Assembly: GCF_018977255.1 (NCBI RefSeq)
Contig: NW_024704742.1
Span: 100,504,001-100,568,000, forward strand
Length of the DNA stretch: 64,000 nucleotides
DNA from: Callorhinchus milii
Lineage: Eukaryota
Direction of reading: 5' to 3'
In this document: positions 63,785 to 64,000 of the stretch, piece by piece
Layout: the number at the start of each line of letters is the position of its first letter
Position numbering within the stretch: the first letter of the stretch is position 1
Notes under the pieces: model-generated
What the model saw: the letters and a program-made list of their open reading frames with translations, nothing else
Databases searched by the model: none
What the model was told of the DNA's origin: nothing
Program-made: the position numbers and the translations under genes

Positions 63785-64000
63785 CAACAACAACTTGAAT
63801 TTATATAGCGCCCTTCCCGCGGGGTAGCCACCTGGAGTGCTGGACAGTGGCAGAGTCTGACCCCGAGCCAGGGGGAGAGGGAGATGGCCGTAAGCGCGGT
63901 CAAAAAGAAAGGTCTTTAAGAGGGTCTTGAAAGTGGGGAGGGAGGTCATTGTGTGAGGGAGTTCCAGAGTTTCGGCGCGTAGTGGCTGAAGGCACAGCCA
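63785..64000 (-). mobile_element. L2 LINE 3' end (continues beyond the window)
   Basis: (CAA)n tail. Reverse complement gives ttcagccactacgcgccgaaactctggaactccctc (FSHYAPKLWNSL) and ttcaagaccctcttaaagacc. Confidence 0.82.

Noticed and set aside
50457..64000. Search for SNX24 exon 1 (MEVYIPSFR...) and its promoter
   Set aside because: No matching exon or CpG island was found. The only CpG-rich patch (~54870-55070) belongs to the transposon arm, so exon 1 is presumably outside the window.

Overview
AT-rich vertebrate genomic DNA, most likely from a cartilaginous fish; the SINE complement suggests a chimaera such as Callorhinchus (inference). Two convergent, intron-containing genes are readable from the sequence. 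PPIC (cyclophilin C) is on + with its last three coding exons (883-976, 1464-1648, 4962-5093). SNX24 (sorting nexin 24) is on - with coding exons 2-7 (50373-50456, 48531-48635, 15720-15814, 12981-13013, 10369-10433, 8520-8590); exon 1 was not found and probably lies beyond 64000. All exons have GT/AG boundaries and consistent phases. The rest is intronic or intergenic and full of retroposons: tRNA-derived SINEs in long and short forms, DeuSINE-like copies, L2 and CR1 LINE fragments, and L1-like and DIRS-like relics. The most unusual structures are (1) a ~3.16 kb element with terminal inverted repeats (TIRs) and an 8-9 bp target-site duplication (TSD) that splits a DeuSINE and consists mostly of a ~2.65 kb CA-rich satellite, and (2) two separate diverged local inverted duplications (~500 bp and ~210 bp arms, ~1.1 kb spacers) in SNX24 intron 3. 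I found no novel protein-coding system; the long ORFs at 52-55 kb are microsatellite artefacts.
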